DNA of 64,000 nucleotides from Octopus vulgaris (taxonomy: Eukaryota). Position 1 is the stretch's first letter; each line of letters opens with the position of its first letter. A program made the translations under genes and the position numbers. Below, piece by piece: positions 12,669 to 24,786 of the stretch. The stretch is taken from the NCBI GenBank assembly GCA_951406725.2, contig OX597826.1, positions 9,300,001 through 9,364,000 on the forward strand, in the 5' to 3' direction. The notes below the pieces were generated by a model that was not told the DNA's origin, made no database searches, and saw only the letters and a list, made by a program, of their open reading frames with translations.

Positions 12669-13647
12669 ATATCAAGTATAGCCACTTCCCAGATGGTACC
12701 AGAGTCTTGTCCACTTTGCTGCTAACTAAAACTTTTCTCTTCACTAGAATTACTTTAAGAATATAAGTGTTAGTTCTAGGTGTTGCTTCCACACTTGGGA
12801 TTCCCTCTTGAATTCTTTGACCAATTCACTTATGGAAACTGGGTCATCAGCATATAACTTTAATATTTATCACAATTGCTTCTGTATCACTCTGTTTCTA
12901 ACCACATTGTATGTCAATGATTCTATGCATAAAAGTTTGTAATATATGGCTGAATATACCAGGACTTCATAGGTCAAGAACTAAGTCGTATCTTTTTGCA
13001 TATCTCTCTCTCTCCCTTTCTCAACACACACACACACAGTTATATTGGCATGCAAGCTTGTGTAAACTAACAAAACTGCACACATATACACACAAAATAC
13101 TCATTCCTCTCAAACTGTTTATATGCGTGTCCTGCACATTGTTCAGCTGTTTTACATATCTGAGTTGGTGTGTGTAAACACCAGAATAAAAACCTTCCAT
13201 GTTGATAAGAAGTGAAACAAAGAGGGTGCTTATAGTGAAAGTAATGATTCAAAATACATTTATTAAGATGGAAATTGAGATTTCATTGCTCTAAATTTCA
13301 CATCTCTGAATTCCAGATAAAACCTAACTCTGCAAGTCACTTCAACAGCTTCCCATTATGAAATCAGTAACTTTGAATAAGAACCAATGTCGGGTACCGT
13401 ATAGTAGTCCTAGTGCAGATGGTATGTTTAAATCCATCTAGTAAATGTTATAAAGGTGTTGGTGAGGAGGAAAGCATCCTGCTATAGAAACTATATTTAA
13501 AAAAACCTAATGTTCAAGGCTAATGTTCTCTGGGATTTTATAGATAGGGAGTTATCTCCCTTGCAGGACATTGATAATAGTGAATGACAGGAACTGAGGA
13601 AGGACATAAATAGTGGTCTCTGGGAATGCTTGAGAGAAAGTTTCTTG

Positions 13648-13877
13648 TTTCTTTATTGCCCACAAGGGGCTAAACACAGAGGGGACAAACAAGGACAGAC
13701 AAAGGGATTAAGTTGATTGCATCAACCCCAGTGTGTAACTGATACTTAATTTATTGACCCTGAAAGGATGAAAGGCAAAGTTGACCTTGGCGGAATTTGA
13801 ACTCAGAACATAACGGCAGAGGAAATACCACTAAGCATTTCGCCCAGCGTGCTAACGTTTCTGCCAGCTTGCTGCCT
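13648..13877 (-). mobile_element. SINE family A, full length
   Basis: TGAGAGAAAGTTTCTTG duplicated on both flanks. Confidence 0.9.
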
Positions 13878-14220
13878 TCTGAGAAAGTTTGAGAGAAAGT
13901 TTCTTGCCATGAGATTCCCCATGGTACATTGGAATTCAGACATTGATATGTATTGTCCATTGCGGTATTCCTTAATCTACAGAATATAATTTCAGGATGA
14001 CAGTTGAGTTGGTCATTACTGTTCGACACGAATCTGATCTTGCCAATAAAAACGACATTTCAAAATCATACATTGGCTTTGCAAACTATTTTGCAAGTTA
14101 CCTGTGTTTGACTTGCAATAACTGCAAATAACTGATTCAGAGTAGAGTGCATTCTTTAGCCCTCCCTGCATGAGTCAGCTTTTTAAATTTTGGTGATTAA
14201 ATAATAATATGTACCAAAAA

Positions 14221-14553
14221 AAGGTAAAGGGTAAAGAATCCCTTCAGTCATGACTGACAATGGGACTGCACCTAGAAAGTTACCCTCTGAAGCACAAGTG
14301 TGGGCAAAGTTGTTTATGGAAGACCAGCAGTCACCCATGCATTTTAACCTCCTCTCTCCATGCCATCGATGTTATCCAAGGGAAAGGCAAAGGCTTGGCA
14401 CCAGTGACATCACATTTCCACAGCTGAGTGAACCGGAGCAACATGAAATAAAGTGTCTTGCTCAAGCACACAACATACAACCCGGTCCAGGAATTGAGCA
14501 TGCTACCTCATGATTGTCAGTCCAATGCTTTTACCAGCAAGAGCCATGTGCCT
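14221..14553 (-). mobile_element. tRNA-derived SINE family E
   Basis: Homologous to 17638-17960(-), 20280-20519(-, different tail) and 59384-59940(+); contains CTTGAGCAAGACACTT segment. Confidence 0.8.
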
Positions 14554-15019
14554 AAGACATACACAACAACAAAGTGAACCAATTTTTTTTGGTGTGTACA
14601 AGACAACACAGGCCATGATGTCACATGCAGCCTATGTCACCATGGAAAAGCAACTGTATGATGATGATGATGATGATGATGGCAACAACGACAGTGATGC
14701 ACTCTTTGATAGGATACATATTTAACACAGACACATACATATACACAGAACACACAGGGGTATAACTTCAGCAAACATGAAACTAAATATTTTTCTTGTT
14801 AACTAATGTTGAATAGTTTTCATCGAGTCTCGTTCAGTTTATATTTGCTGAAAGCAAGTTGTTACCAATTTTCTTTTCAGAGTTGCTGATGTCAGCTTAT
14901 TTCCATGTTGTCTTCAGAATTTGGCTTTTATTTTAATTATAACACCTCCTGGGACTAAAAGATCATCTTCTGGAAACTTTAAATAGCTAAAGCCATGTTT
15001 GTGTTAGTATGTATGTGTA

Positions 15020-15088
15020 TGTCTAAATTATATATATATAAAATATATATATTTGTAAAATATGTGTGTGTGTATATATTTATATATA

Positions 15089-15137
<49 letters not shown>

Positions 15138-15187
15138 TATATATATATTTTTATATATATATATATATATATATTTTTATATATATA

Positions 15188-15245
<58 letters not shown>

Positions 15246-15460
15246 ATATATTTTATATATATATATTTATTTATATATATATTTATTTATATATATATAT
15301 ATTTTATATATATATATTTTTTATTTATATATTTTATATATATATATATATTTTATATATATATTTTTATATATATATATATATTTTATTTATATATTTT
15401 ATATATATATATTTTTATATATATATATATATTTTATTTATATATTTTATATATATATTT
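15020..15460. repeat. Long interrupted (TA)n microsatellite
   Basis: About 440 bp of TA repeats with T runs; a second tract at about 15689-15990. Confidence 0.95.
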
Positions 15461-15686
15461 TGTTTTTGTTTTTGTTTTTGTTTTTCCAGTTTCAGCTCTT
15501 GAGCTGTGGCCATGCTGGGGCACCGCCATTGTGGTGAAAGAGTACAGCAGGGATCACCACCCCTGCCGGAGCCTCGTAGAGCTTTTAGGTGTTTTCGCTC
15601 AATAAACACACACAACGCCCGGTCTGAGAATCGAAACCGCGATCCTGCGACCGCGAGTCCGCTGCCCTAACCACTAGGCCATTGCG

Positions 15687-15688
<2 letters not shown>
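15460..15688 (-). mobile_element. Chimeric SINE: family C tRNA head plus family-B-type tail
   Basis: Head matches 406-555; tail GGCGGTGCCCCAGCATGGCCACAGCTCAAGAGCTGAAAC resembles the B tail; ends in (AAAAAC)n. Confidence 0.8.
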
Positions 15689-15752
<64 letters not shown>

Positions 15753-16729
15753 ATATATATATTTTTATATATGTATATTTTATTTATGTATGTATTATAT
15801 ATATATATATATATATATGCACACACACACATATATAAATAGACACACATAAACATATGTATATATTTTATATATATGTATATATATCATGATATATTAC
15901 ATATATATTTATATATATATATAAATACACACAAACATTTGTATATATTTTATATATATATATATATATCATATGATATAATATATATATACATCTGTAT
16001 GCATGTTTCTCTTCCTTCCTGTCTATCTTTCCCCCTCTGTCTATCTATCTCAATCTCTCACACAGTCTCTCCATATAGGCTTCTTAACAAACAAATTAAT
16101 TACCAATAAAATATAGCCAAACAGTGATCTCATTTCATCCAGACAATATTAAGTTTTCAACACACGTGCACACACACACACGCACACACACACACACACA
16201 CACATGCACACACACACACACACACACACACGTAAATAAAAATATCTTCATTTCGGAAATTCTTTTTAAACTTATTACACCATATAATGTTGCCGTTGGG
16301 TTGTTTTCCTTAAACTTTGGCTGAAATATTCTCCTGACTAAAACTCATTTACTTGCAGGAGTTTCTGGTACTCCCACTACCACCACCATCACCATCTGTT
16401 TAAATTTATTTTTTTAAAGTAATTTTTTATTTCATTTTTTTAATTTTTATTTTTCATTCATTTATCTTAATTATTTTATTATTGAATACTGCTGAAGTTG
16501 TTGTTTCTAATGATTTCTTTCAAAATAGTGTTAATTTCATTTAACATAAGGAATGAATATGTTATCAACCTAAAGCAGTAGGAATGAAAATAAATATTAT
16601 CTTTGTTGTTGTTGTTGCTGCTGTTGCAAATGATGTGGTGGTGGTGGTGGTGGTTTGACTGTTTATTATTTTTTTTTGTTCTTTTCATGTCAGCATGAAG
16701 AGTAAGGCAATGCTGATAACCCTTTGTGG

Positions 16730-18005
16730 CAGGAGTTCTCAAACTGAGGCATGAGTACCTTTAAGCATATGCATGAGGAATCGCAGGGGATTACTTGGAG
16801 TTTGTAAAAACACTAGAACTTTTAACTAAACACAACTAACAAACCGCAACTTGTGTGTCTAGAAAATATGTGGTGTACCTTTTTTTAGTGTATCTATCCC
16901 TTTATTGTTGTAAGAAAGGGATTTTCAGTAATGCTTATAATCAAAAACAAATTTAGTGCAGCCCTGTCAACTGAGTTTGATATGCAGGTATGGATCTTTT
17001 TGGTTTGAACGGCAGTTATTTCTAGCGGTATCATATGAAATTGTCAACCATAATTATGAACCTAGTATCAATCTATTGCATTTCAATCTGTTTTAGGGTT
17101 AGGGGTGGGGGTAAGGGTATCTTTTTTCCTTCACAAATGTAAATAAACCCAATCTGTTTCTTAAACTAGGGACATATTCATACGGCACAGAATGTTTTCA
17201 CCTCAATAGACGTCATTGATTGATTAAAATTGCAGAAATTGAAGAAAAAAACAACAAATATCTTACAAACTATAGAATTTTCTCAATAAAGCCAAGAGAA
17301 AAAGATGTTTTATAAACACATTCTACCAGTATACGAAGTTTAAAATTTTTTAGTTACCTAGAAATTATGTTAAAAACTGCCGTTCAAACCGAAAAGATCC
17401 GCAGGTATTCCTCTTTGAAACTGTAACTTTAAATTACAGTAAAATTAATTTTTGTTTTATATAGGCACAAAGCCAGAAATTTGGTGGGAACGGACAGGAT
17501 TATACTGACTCTAGTTTTTAAGTGGTTATTTTCTTTTATCAGCTCCAGAAAGATCAAAGACTAAGTTGACCACAGGATTTGAACTGTTTAAATTAAATTA
17601 GTAACAAATAGATACATGCCTATTATCTGTTCTATGGTGAAGAGTAAAGAACCCCTTCAATCACAAATGACCATGAGATTGCACCTACAGAGTCCCCCCT
17701 CCAAGGCACAAATTTGGACAAGGTTGTTTATAGAAGACCAGCAGTCACCCATGCATACCAGACTCCCCTCTCCACGCCTCCGATGTTATCCAAGGGAGAG
17801 GCAAAGGCCGATACAGCTTGACTCCAGTGACATCACAACTCATTTCTACAGCTGAGTGAACTGGAGTAATGTGAAATAAAGTGTCTTGCTTAAGAACACA
17901 ACACACAGCCTGTCCAGAAGTTGAACTCGCTACCTCATGATTGTCAGCCCAACACTCTACTCACAGATGAAGGGGTAAGCCAGTAGAAAAAGTATGAGAG
18001 CCCTG
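16730..18005. mobile_element. Old hAT/Charlie-like non-autonomous element with nested insertions
   Basis: CAGGAGTTCTCAAACT ... AGTATGAGAGCCCTG termini; flanking 8-mers match only 5/8. Confidence 0.55.
16992..17400. mobile_element. Merlin-like MITE (409 bp)
   Basis: 26-bp TIRs starting GGATCTTTT (1 mismatch); perfect 8-bp TSD GCAGGTAT (16984-16991, 17401-17408). GG termini with an 8-bp TSD fit Merlin. Confidence 0.8.
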
Positions 18006-19549
18006 TTTTTAGGGTCTCCAAGACTACTTGCAGGAGGAAAGGAGAAAGATATGCTCATACATGAGATTTGGCCTGAATGCTTGTAAGAGAGAGGACTCCA
18101 CTAAAAGTATCTTAAGTGCCAGATGGTAGTGTTAAATTGGACAATGGGTTAAGACCTGGAATATTGCAAGGCCTCTTGTCTGACATTCTTAGAGTTTTGC
18201 TAATCCATGCTGTGGATTGCTACACTATTTTTATTGACTCTGGAAAGATTTAAGGAAAAATTTAACTTTACAAGATTTGAACTCAAAGCACAGAGTCAGA
18301 CAAATACTGCAAAGATATTTTATCCTATACTATAACAACTGCTAGTTAGCTACCCAGGTTAGACCTAGTCAATGAAACCTATAGTTAAAAATGTTCCAAC
18401 TGTGACCATCTTGTCTTTCTGTAATCCAGGGAGTACATTACCTAAAGTATCTTCTATATTGTGTTCACATTCTCATGAAACATTACATCTTTTTGGTCTG
18501 TGGTTTTGTAATTCAGTGGAATAAAGAAGAATTCCTTTCTTAAAACACAGGCAAGGGTGTGCAGCAGGAAGAGTATCCAGCCATAAAATACAGCTTCAAA
18601 TTAGTATCCATCCAACCTATAGCAGCAGGGGTAAAAATTGACATAAAATGAATGAGGGAAAAAATGTGTGTGTGTGTGTGTGCAATGTTGCATGGTAGTG
18701 AATGCAGAGGACATGCAATAGCTGGAGAGGAACAAAGCTGGTATGGTCTGCGAGATGTGCGATGTCAGCATCCATGTATGACTGAGCATTGGTGTATTGA
18801 GAGAGAAGTCGGACATTGGAGGAATTAGATGCAGTGTGCAAGAGAGGAGACTGCATTGGTTTGGTCATGTGATGCAGATGGATGAGGACAGTTGCATTAA
18901 GAAGTCTTGATCATGTAAAATGGAGGGAACTTGAGAAAGAAGGAGACCCAGGAAGGCATGGGATGAAATATTGAAAGTCAACCTCAAAACACTGAGTCTT
19001 ATGAATGAGACAATGTGGCATATCGCTGTACTCAAGAAAACCCACCCACCACCACCACCACCACCATAGAATTGAGTTCCTAAAACTAAAGTGCCATGTA
19101 AAAAGCACTGGTGTTAGTGCCACATAATGGTGATGGTGCCATGTAAAAAGCACCCAGGACACTCTGTGGAGTGGTGACATTAAGGAAAAGCATCCAGCAG
19201 TAGAAACCAAGCCCAAACTGGCTATGGGACCTGGTGCAGCCCTTGATCTTGCCAGTTCCTGTCAAACTGCAACCCATGCCAGCATGGAAAATGGACACTA
19301 AATATTGATGGTGATATATATGAAATTACTGATGTTTTAATAGTGTTTTATTCTATGGCTATATTGCACTATTGTGTATATCTATAGATTTATTAGACAA
19401 CACTGTATATTATAGTGAAAGTTCATAGTACTATATTGCAATGAAACGAAACTCTAACACACTGGCAATTTAACGTTTGATCTCGCTGCCAAGAAAGTAT
19501 TAAATATGGAAATTGGTCTAACCAGCATTCAATCTTCAAAAGAAGAGAG

Positions 19550-19990
19550 CTTCTGCAATTCACTTTTCATGCCTGTTCTCATTTCAGGTCATGAATGTTA
19601 AACAATAACAGAAAGAGTATGACCCCCAACTAAAATGGGGTTCCCCTGAAGGTGCTCTGGAGTGATGTTACTCAACAGAGTGCAAAACTTAGAGACCAGA
19701 GAGTCTCTCTGATCAGGTAGCCACTTCTTTGCACTGCAGGGTCAAAGGCCCAGTAATTCAGACGTAGTTAGAATGCCTTAGGAAAGGATTGCAAGATAGA
19801 TTCTTCAAGCCAAGCTAAACAGCAGGAGACCTTTGGGTCGACCAAAAATGAGATGGTTGGATAATATCTATAGTCTCAGTTAGTTGCACTTGGTATTCCA
19901 GTGGAAAGTGTAGCGATGGTTACTTCTGATTGGATCCTATGGAGGAGGTGCCTGTAGGCACTATCCCAACAACCTTTCCAGGAATAGTGG
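19550..19990 (+). pseudogene. RTE-clade LINE 3' fragment
   Basis: RIAR*ILQAKLNSRRPLGRPKMRWLDNI motif. Confidence 0.7.
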
Positions 19991-20790
19991 GTGAGAAAGT
20001 GTGTGGATGGTCTATCCAGTTTACTTGAATCTCTTTTATTGGTTTCAAATTTTGGCACAATGCCAGCAATTTAGGGGTTGGGGTGGTTAAGATGATTACA
20101 TCGACCTCAGTACCCAGCTAGTACTTATTTTATCAACCCTGAAAGGATGAAAGGCAAAGTCAACCCCAGTGGGAATTGAACTCAGAGCATAAAGTCAGAA
20201 GAAATCCTGCTGAACAATTTTTCCAGCACAGTAATGATTCTGTCTCCTTTAACCCCTAATTTAAAAATAAAGACATAAAAACCCTTCCTGAGTCTTATTG
20301 GCTCATAGGGCCAGTTTCTTTGGTGCATATAGCCTTCCCCTGGAAGGGATGCCAGTCTGTCACAGGATTACTCATTTTTGGCAGCTGAGTGGATTGGTGG
20401 AGCAATGTCAAATGAAGTGTTTTGCTCAAGAACACAACACAGCATCTGGTCCAGGAATCGAAACCACAATCTTGCAATCATGAATCCAACACCCTTACCA
20501 CTAAGCCACATGCCTCCACTGCCCCCTAATATTAGTCAGTTTATAAACAGTGTGTTCAAGGTTTATGAAAAGGTGTACACAGTTTCTAACAAAGATTCCA
20601 ATTAGAGTTGAAACATGCATATACGGCATTGGGTAGTAAATCTATAAATGTGTTTTGTTGTACATTGTAGAATATATTTAGTAAAGTAGGTACTAACATA
20701 TTTGATGTGGTGAGCTAAGTCTGTTAGCACCCACTTTACAGTTAGTTTTTCATGTTACTGGCACCCTTAGGATTTCTGTCCAATGATTCT

Positions 20791-20827
<37 letters not shown>

Positions 20828-21951
20828 CATCATCATCATCATCATTTAACATCTGCTTTCCATGCTGGCATGAGTTAGATGGGTTTAACTAGAACTGATA
20901 AGCCAAAGGGCTGCACCAGATTCCAGACTGATTTGGCATGGTTTCTATGACTGGATGCTCCTCCTAACACCCACCACTCCAAGAGTGTAATGGGTGCTTT
21001 TTACATGCCGCTGGCATTGGTGCCATTTACGTGACTCCCAGTAATGGCCATGACTATGATTTCATGGGTGCCATTTACACAACACTGGCAATAGCCCCAA
21101 CTATGGTTTCACTTGGCTTGCTGAGTCTTCTCAAGCACAGCATATCACCAAGGTCTTGGTCACTTGTTATTGCCTCCACGAGGCCCAACATTCAAAGATC
21201 ATGCGTCACCACCTTGTCCTTTACCTCTGTGAAGCCCAACATTCAAAGACCGTCTGTATATATATGGAAGTAGTATACTGAATGTTTAATAAACATATAT
21301 TGAATCTTGCTGTGAAATAGACAACATGAATAAATCACATTAGCTTCAGCAACCAGAAGTCATGATTGAATACAAACTAGTTTCACATTTCATTAATGAC
21401 TCATCAGGGATCACTTACCACACCTACCTGTTGAAGTTAAGAAGCTCACAGCTTCTTACAGAAATTGTATACAAATTACAACAAGCATAACAGGTTATCT
21501 GCAAGATCAATTTTCACAGCGAGATTAAATATATATTTATTAGATGACATTCTGAACATGATTTCTATGTACATAATTATTCATAACCACACAGTATTGG
21601 TAGTGTCATTATTAATATATTCAAGATGTCCTGAAAGACTGCTTCCACAGAAAGAGAACTTTAAATGTTTGAAATTTCAGCAAATGCTCAAATTATTCGA
21701 GGGTCTTTGATATCTAAGAATTTTCAACTCTGTTGAATATGTGAACTTTGAACCTTCTTGAGTGTGTATGACACATTAGGTGAAGGACGGAAACTCAACA
21801 TTCAACAAATTTGCCACAAAACCTGTTTCAAGTTTTCTAAAGAATATTGATATTTTAGCTACATTTTTTTCTTTTCTTTTTGTGAGTTAGTGAATTATTT
21901 ACAAATTTGAATGTGTATTTAAGTGAACTATTATTGTAAAATAGGAGTTGA

Positions 21952-22191
21952 TATTCATTATTTACATTCGATGGATATTTGTCCTCATCTTGTTTGTTGT
22001 TAACACAACATTTTGGCTGATATACCCTCCAGCCTTCTTCAGGTGTCTTGGGGAAATTTCGTACCCGGGTTCTCATTCCTAAGGTATTTTTCAATGTTAT
22101 TATTATTATTATTGTTCAGGTCACTGCTTGGAATTGAACTTGGAATCTCGGGGTTAGTAGCCTGTGCTCTTAACCACTATGCCATATGCCC
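21952..22191 (-). mobile_element. tRNA-headed element carrying a hammerhead-like motif (candidate ribozyme SINE/retrozyme)
   Basis: tRNA-like head 22191-22119 (A box TGGCATAGTGG, B box GTTCAATTC), (AAT)n linker, hammerhead-like motif 22046-22003; inverted copy of the head at 22194-22241. Confidence 0.7.
22003..22046 (-). ncRNA. Degenerate minimal hammerhead ribozyme
   Basis: acac-CTGAAGA-a-ggctg gagggtatat cagcc-AAAA-tg-TT-gtgt; two CpG-type changes away from ...cagcc GAAA cg TT gtgt. Probably inactive in this copy (G12 lost). Confidence 0.65.
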
Positions 22192-24378
22192 GTGGCATAT
22201 AGCATAGTGGTTAAGAGTACAGGCTACTAACTCCAAGATTCTGATTGGAATTTTCTTTATCTATTTGATTTATAGCTAGATTGAGCCTTATGAACGTGAC
22301 AAAGGAGTGAGATATATGGCACATTGCTATACTCAAGAAGACTTGCCCATTGCAACAGATTTGATATCCTAAAATGTAGATGCCACATGAAAAAGCATTT
22401 GTGTGAGTGTTGGTGTCATGTAAAAACACTGGTGCTGGCGCCACATTAAAAGCACTCAGCACTCTTTGTAAAGTGGTTGGCATTAGGAAGGGCATCCAGC
22501 TGTAGAAACCAAGCCAAAATAGACTATGGAACTTGTGTAGCCCTGACCTTGCCAGTTCCTCTCAAGCCATCCAACCCATGCCAGATCGGAAAATGGATGG
22601 TAAATGTTCACAATGATGATGATGGTGATGGTGATGATGATTGTTTAGAAGGCTATTTGTTTCAACAGTGCTTAGGATTCCTCTGTGCCCATCACTCTAT
22701 TATGTATTGTCAGTCATCCAACTTAAATTTCAGTGTAAAAGAATGTGAATTGAGCGTTTTTTTCTTTTGGGCATGGATAGGGATGAGGGGTCAAATATAT
22801 ATATATAAAAAAGAACCCCAACATTTTTTGAAATTTTGCTGAATATTTCCTTCCTCCACCAAACACATGTACTGATATTCAAAGGTAGATATGATTGCTT
22901 ACTTTAATTATATATCATTACTGATTTCAGGTGGATTCTACAGGAAAAAAAAAAACTGAGTTGTTTCATGCCTGGAGACCTAGGTAGGTAGTCATTTAAA
23001 TGAACCTCATTTCCTGATCTATCTTCCTGGAAAAGTTTCATCTAAATAATTACTCATATTAGTTGCAAAATGTAGTGGAGCATAGTCACATCAAAACCTT
23101 ATTTTTGCATCTTCCTAGCAAAGGAACATCATCTAATTTATAACATAAAAAGTATTCTGACATATGAATAGATGTTACTAGTAGTATTGTAAAAATAGAA
23201 TATGGACCCATAAATCTTTCATCAAATGTCCCTGCAGAAACTTGGATTAGAGGAATATATATAACAGATTTTATTCCTATGGATGCACACTTTTCAACAC
23301 ACACATACGCACAGAGATAAGCATGAATGTTGTACAAAAGCGTGGGTGTGGCTGTGTGGTAAGCAGCTTGCTTATGAACCACATGGTTCCGGGTTCAGTC
23401 CCATTGTGTGGCACCTTGGGCAAGTGTCTTCTACTAAAGCCTTGGGCCGACCAAAGCCTTGTGAGTGGATTTGGTTGACGGAAACTGAAAGAAGCCCGTC
23501 ATATATATATTTCTGTGTCTGTGTTTGTCCCCCTCAACATCACTTGACAACCAATGCCAGTGTGTTTATGTCCCCGTAACTTAGCAGTTCGGCAAAAGAG
23601 ACTGATAGAATTAGTACTAGGCTTACAAAGAGTAAGTCCTGGGGTTGATTTGCTTGACTAAATGTGGTGCTCCAACATGGCCACAGTCAAATGAGTGAAA
23701 CAAGTAAAAGAGTAAAGGTTTCTCATTGAGGCACTATTTTATAGCTGAGTGTGTGTGTGTGGGTACAGGTACGGATGTGTGGTTACAAAGTTCCCTTCCC
23801 AATCACATGGTTTCAGGTTCACTCCCACTGCATAGTACCTTGAGCAAGTGTCTTTTTGGTATTGTCTTGGGTCACCCAAATCCATGTGAGTGGATTTGGT
23901 AAATCATCATCGTTATTTAGTCTCTGTTTTCCATGCTGGCATGGGTTAGATGGTTTGACCAGAACTGGTAAGCTGGAAGGCTGTGCCAGGTTCCAGTCTG
24001 ATTTGGCATGGTTTCTACAGTTGGATGCCCTTCTTAACTCCAAACACTCCAAGAATGCAATGGGTGCTTTTTACATGTCACCAGTACAGGTGCCATGTAC
24101 ACGACACTGGCAACTGCCACACATATGGTTTCACTTGGCTTGATGAATTTTCTCAAGCACAGCATATCACCAAAGGTCTCAGTCACTTGTCATCACCTCG
24201 GTGAGGCCCAACATTCAAAGGAAATTGAGAATTGAAAGAAGCCTGTCCTCTGTGTGTGTGTGTGTGTGTGTGGTCCTTGTCTTGACATTGTGAGACAGTT
24301 GTAAACAAGTGTCACCATACATGTGATGTCATTTGTTTCCAATCTTCTGTGGAAAACATGTTTTGCCAAGGGTAATAT

Positions 24379-24786
24379 AGCTGGCAGAAACGTTAGCATG
24401 CCGGGCGAAGTGCTAAGCAGTATTTCATCTGCCGCTATGTTTCGAGTTCAAATTCCGCCGAGGTCGACTTTGCCTTTTATCCTTTCGAGGTCGATTAAAT
24501 AAGTACCAGTTACGCACCGGGGTTGATATAATCGACTTAATTCGTTTGTCTGTCCTTGTTTGTCCCCTCTGTGTTTAGCCGCTTGTGGGTAGTAAAGAAA
24601 TAGGTATTTCGTCTGCCGTTACATTCTGAGTTCAAATTCCGCCGAGGCCGACTTTGCCTTTCATACTTTCAGAGTTGATTAAATAAGTACCAGTTACGCA
24701 CTGGGGTTGATATAATCAACTTAATCCATTTGTCTGTCCTTGTTTGTCCTCTCTGTGTTTAGCCCCTTGTGGGTAGTAAAGAAATA
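24379..24786 (+). mobile_element. Head-to-tail partial dimer of SINE A inside a B-head/RTE-tail SINE
   Basis: Second unit restarts at GGTATTTCGTCTGCCG (24603); one GGTAATAT duplication flanks the pair. Confidence 0.8.

Noticed and set aside
14995-15605. 146-180 aa Ile/Tyr-rich ORFs
   Set aside because: Translation of a (TA)n microsatellite.
17093-17104. Interstitial telomere
   Set aside because: Only two TTAGGG units, internal to a MITE.
22119-22191. Functional tRNA gene (ACT anticodon)
   Set aside because: Acceptor and T stems pair poorly, no terminator follows, and a short variable arm is inconsistent with tRNA-Ser; treated as a SINE-type head. The same applies to the other tRNA-like heads.
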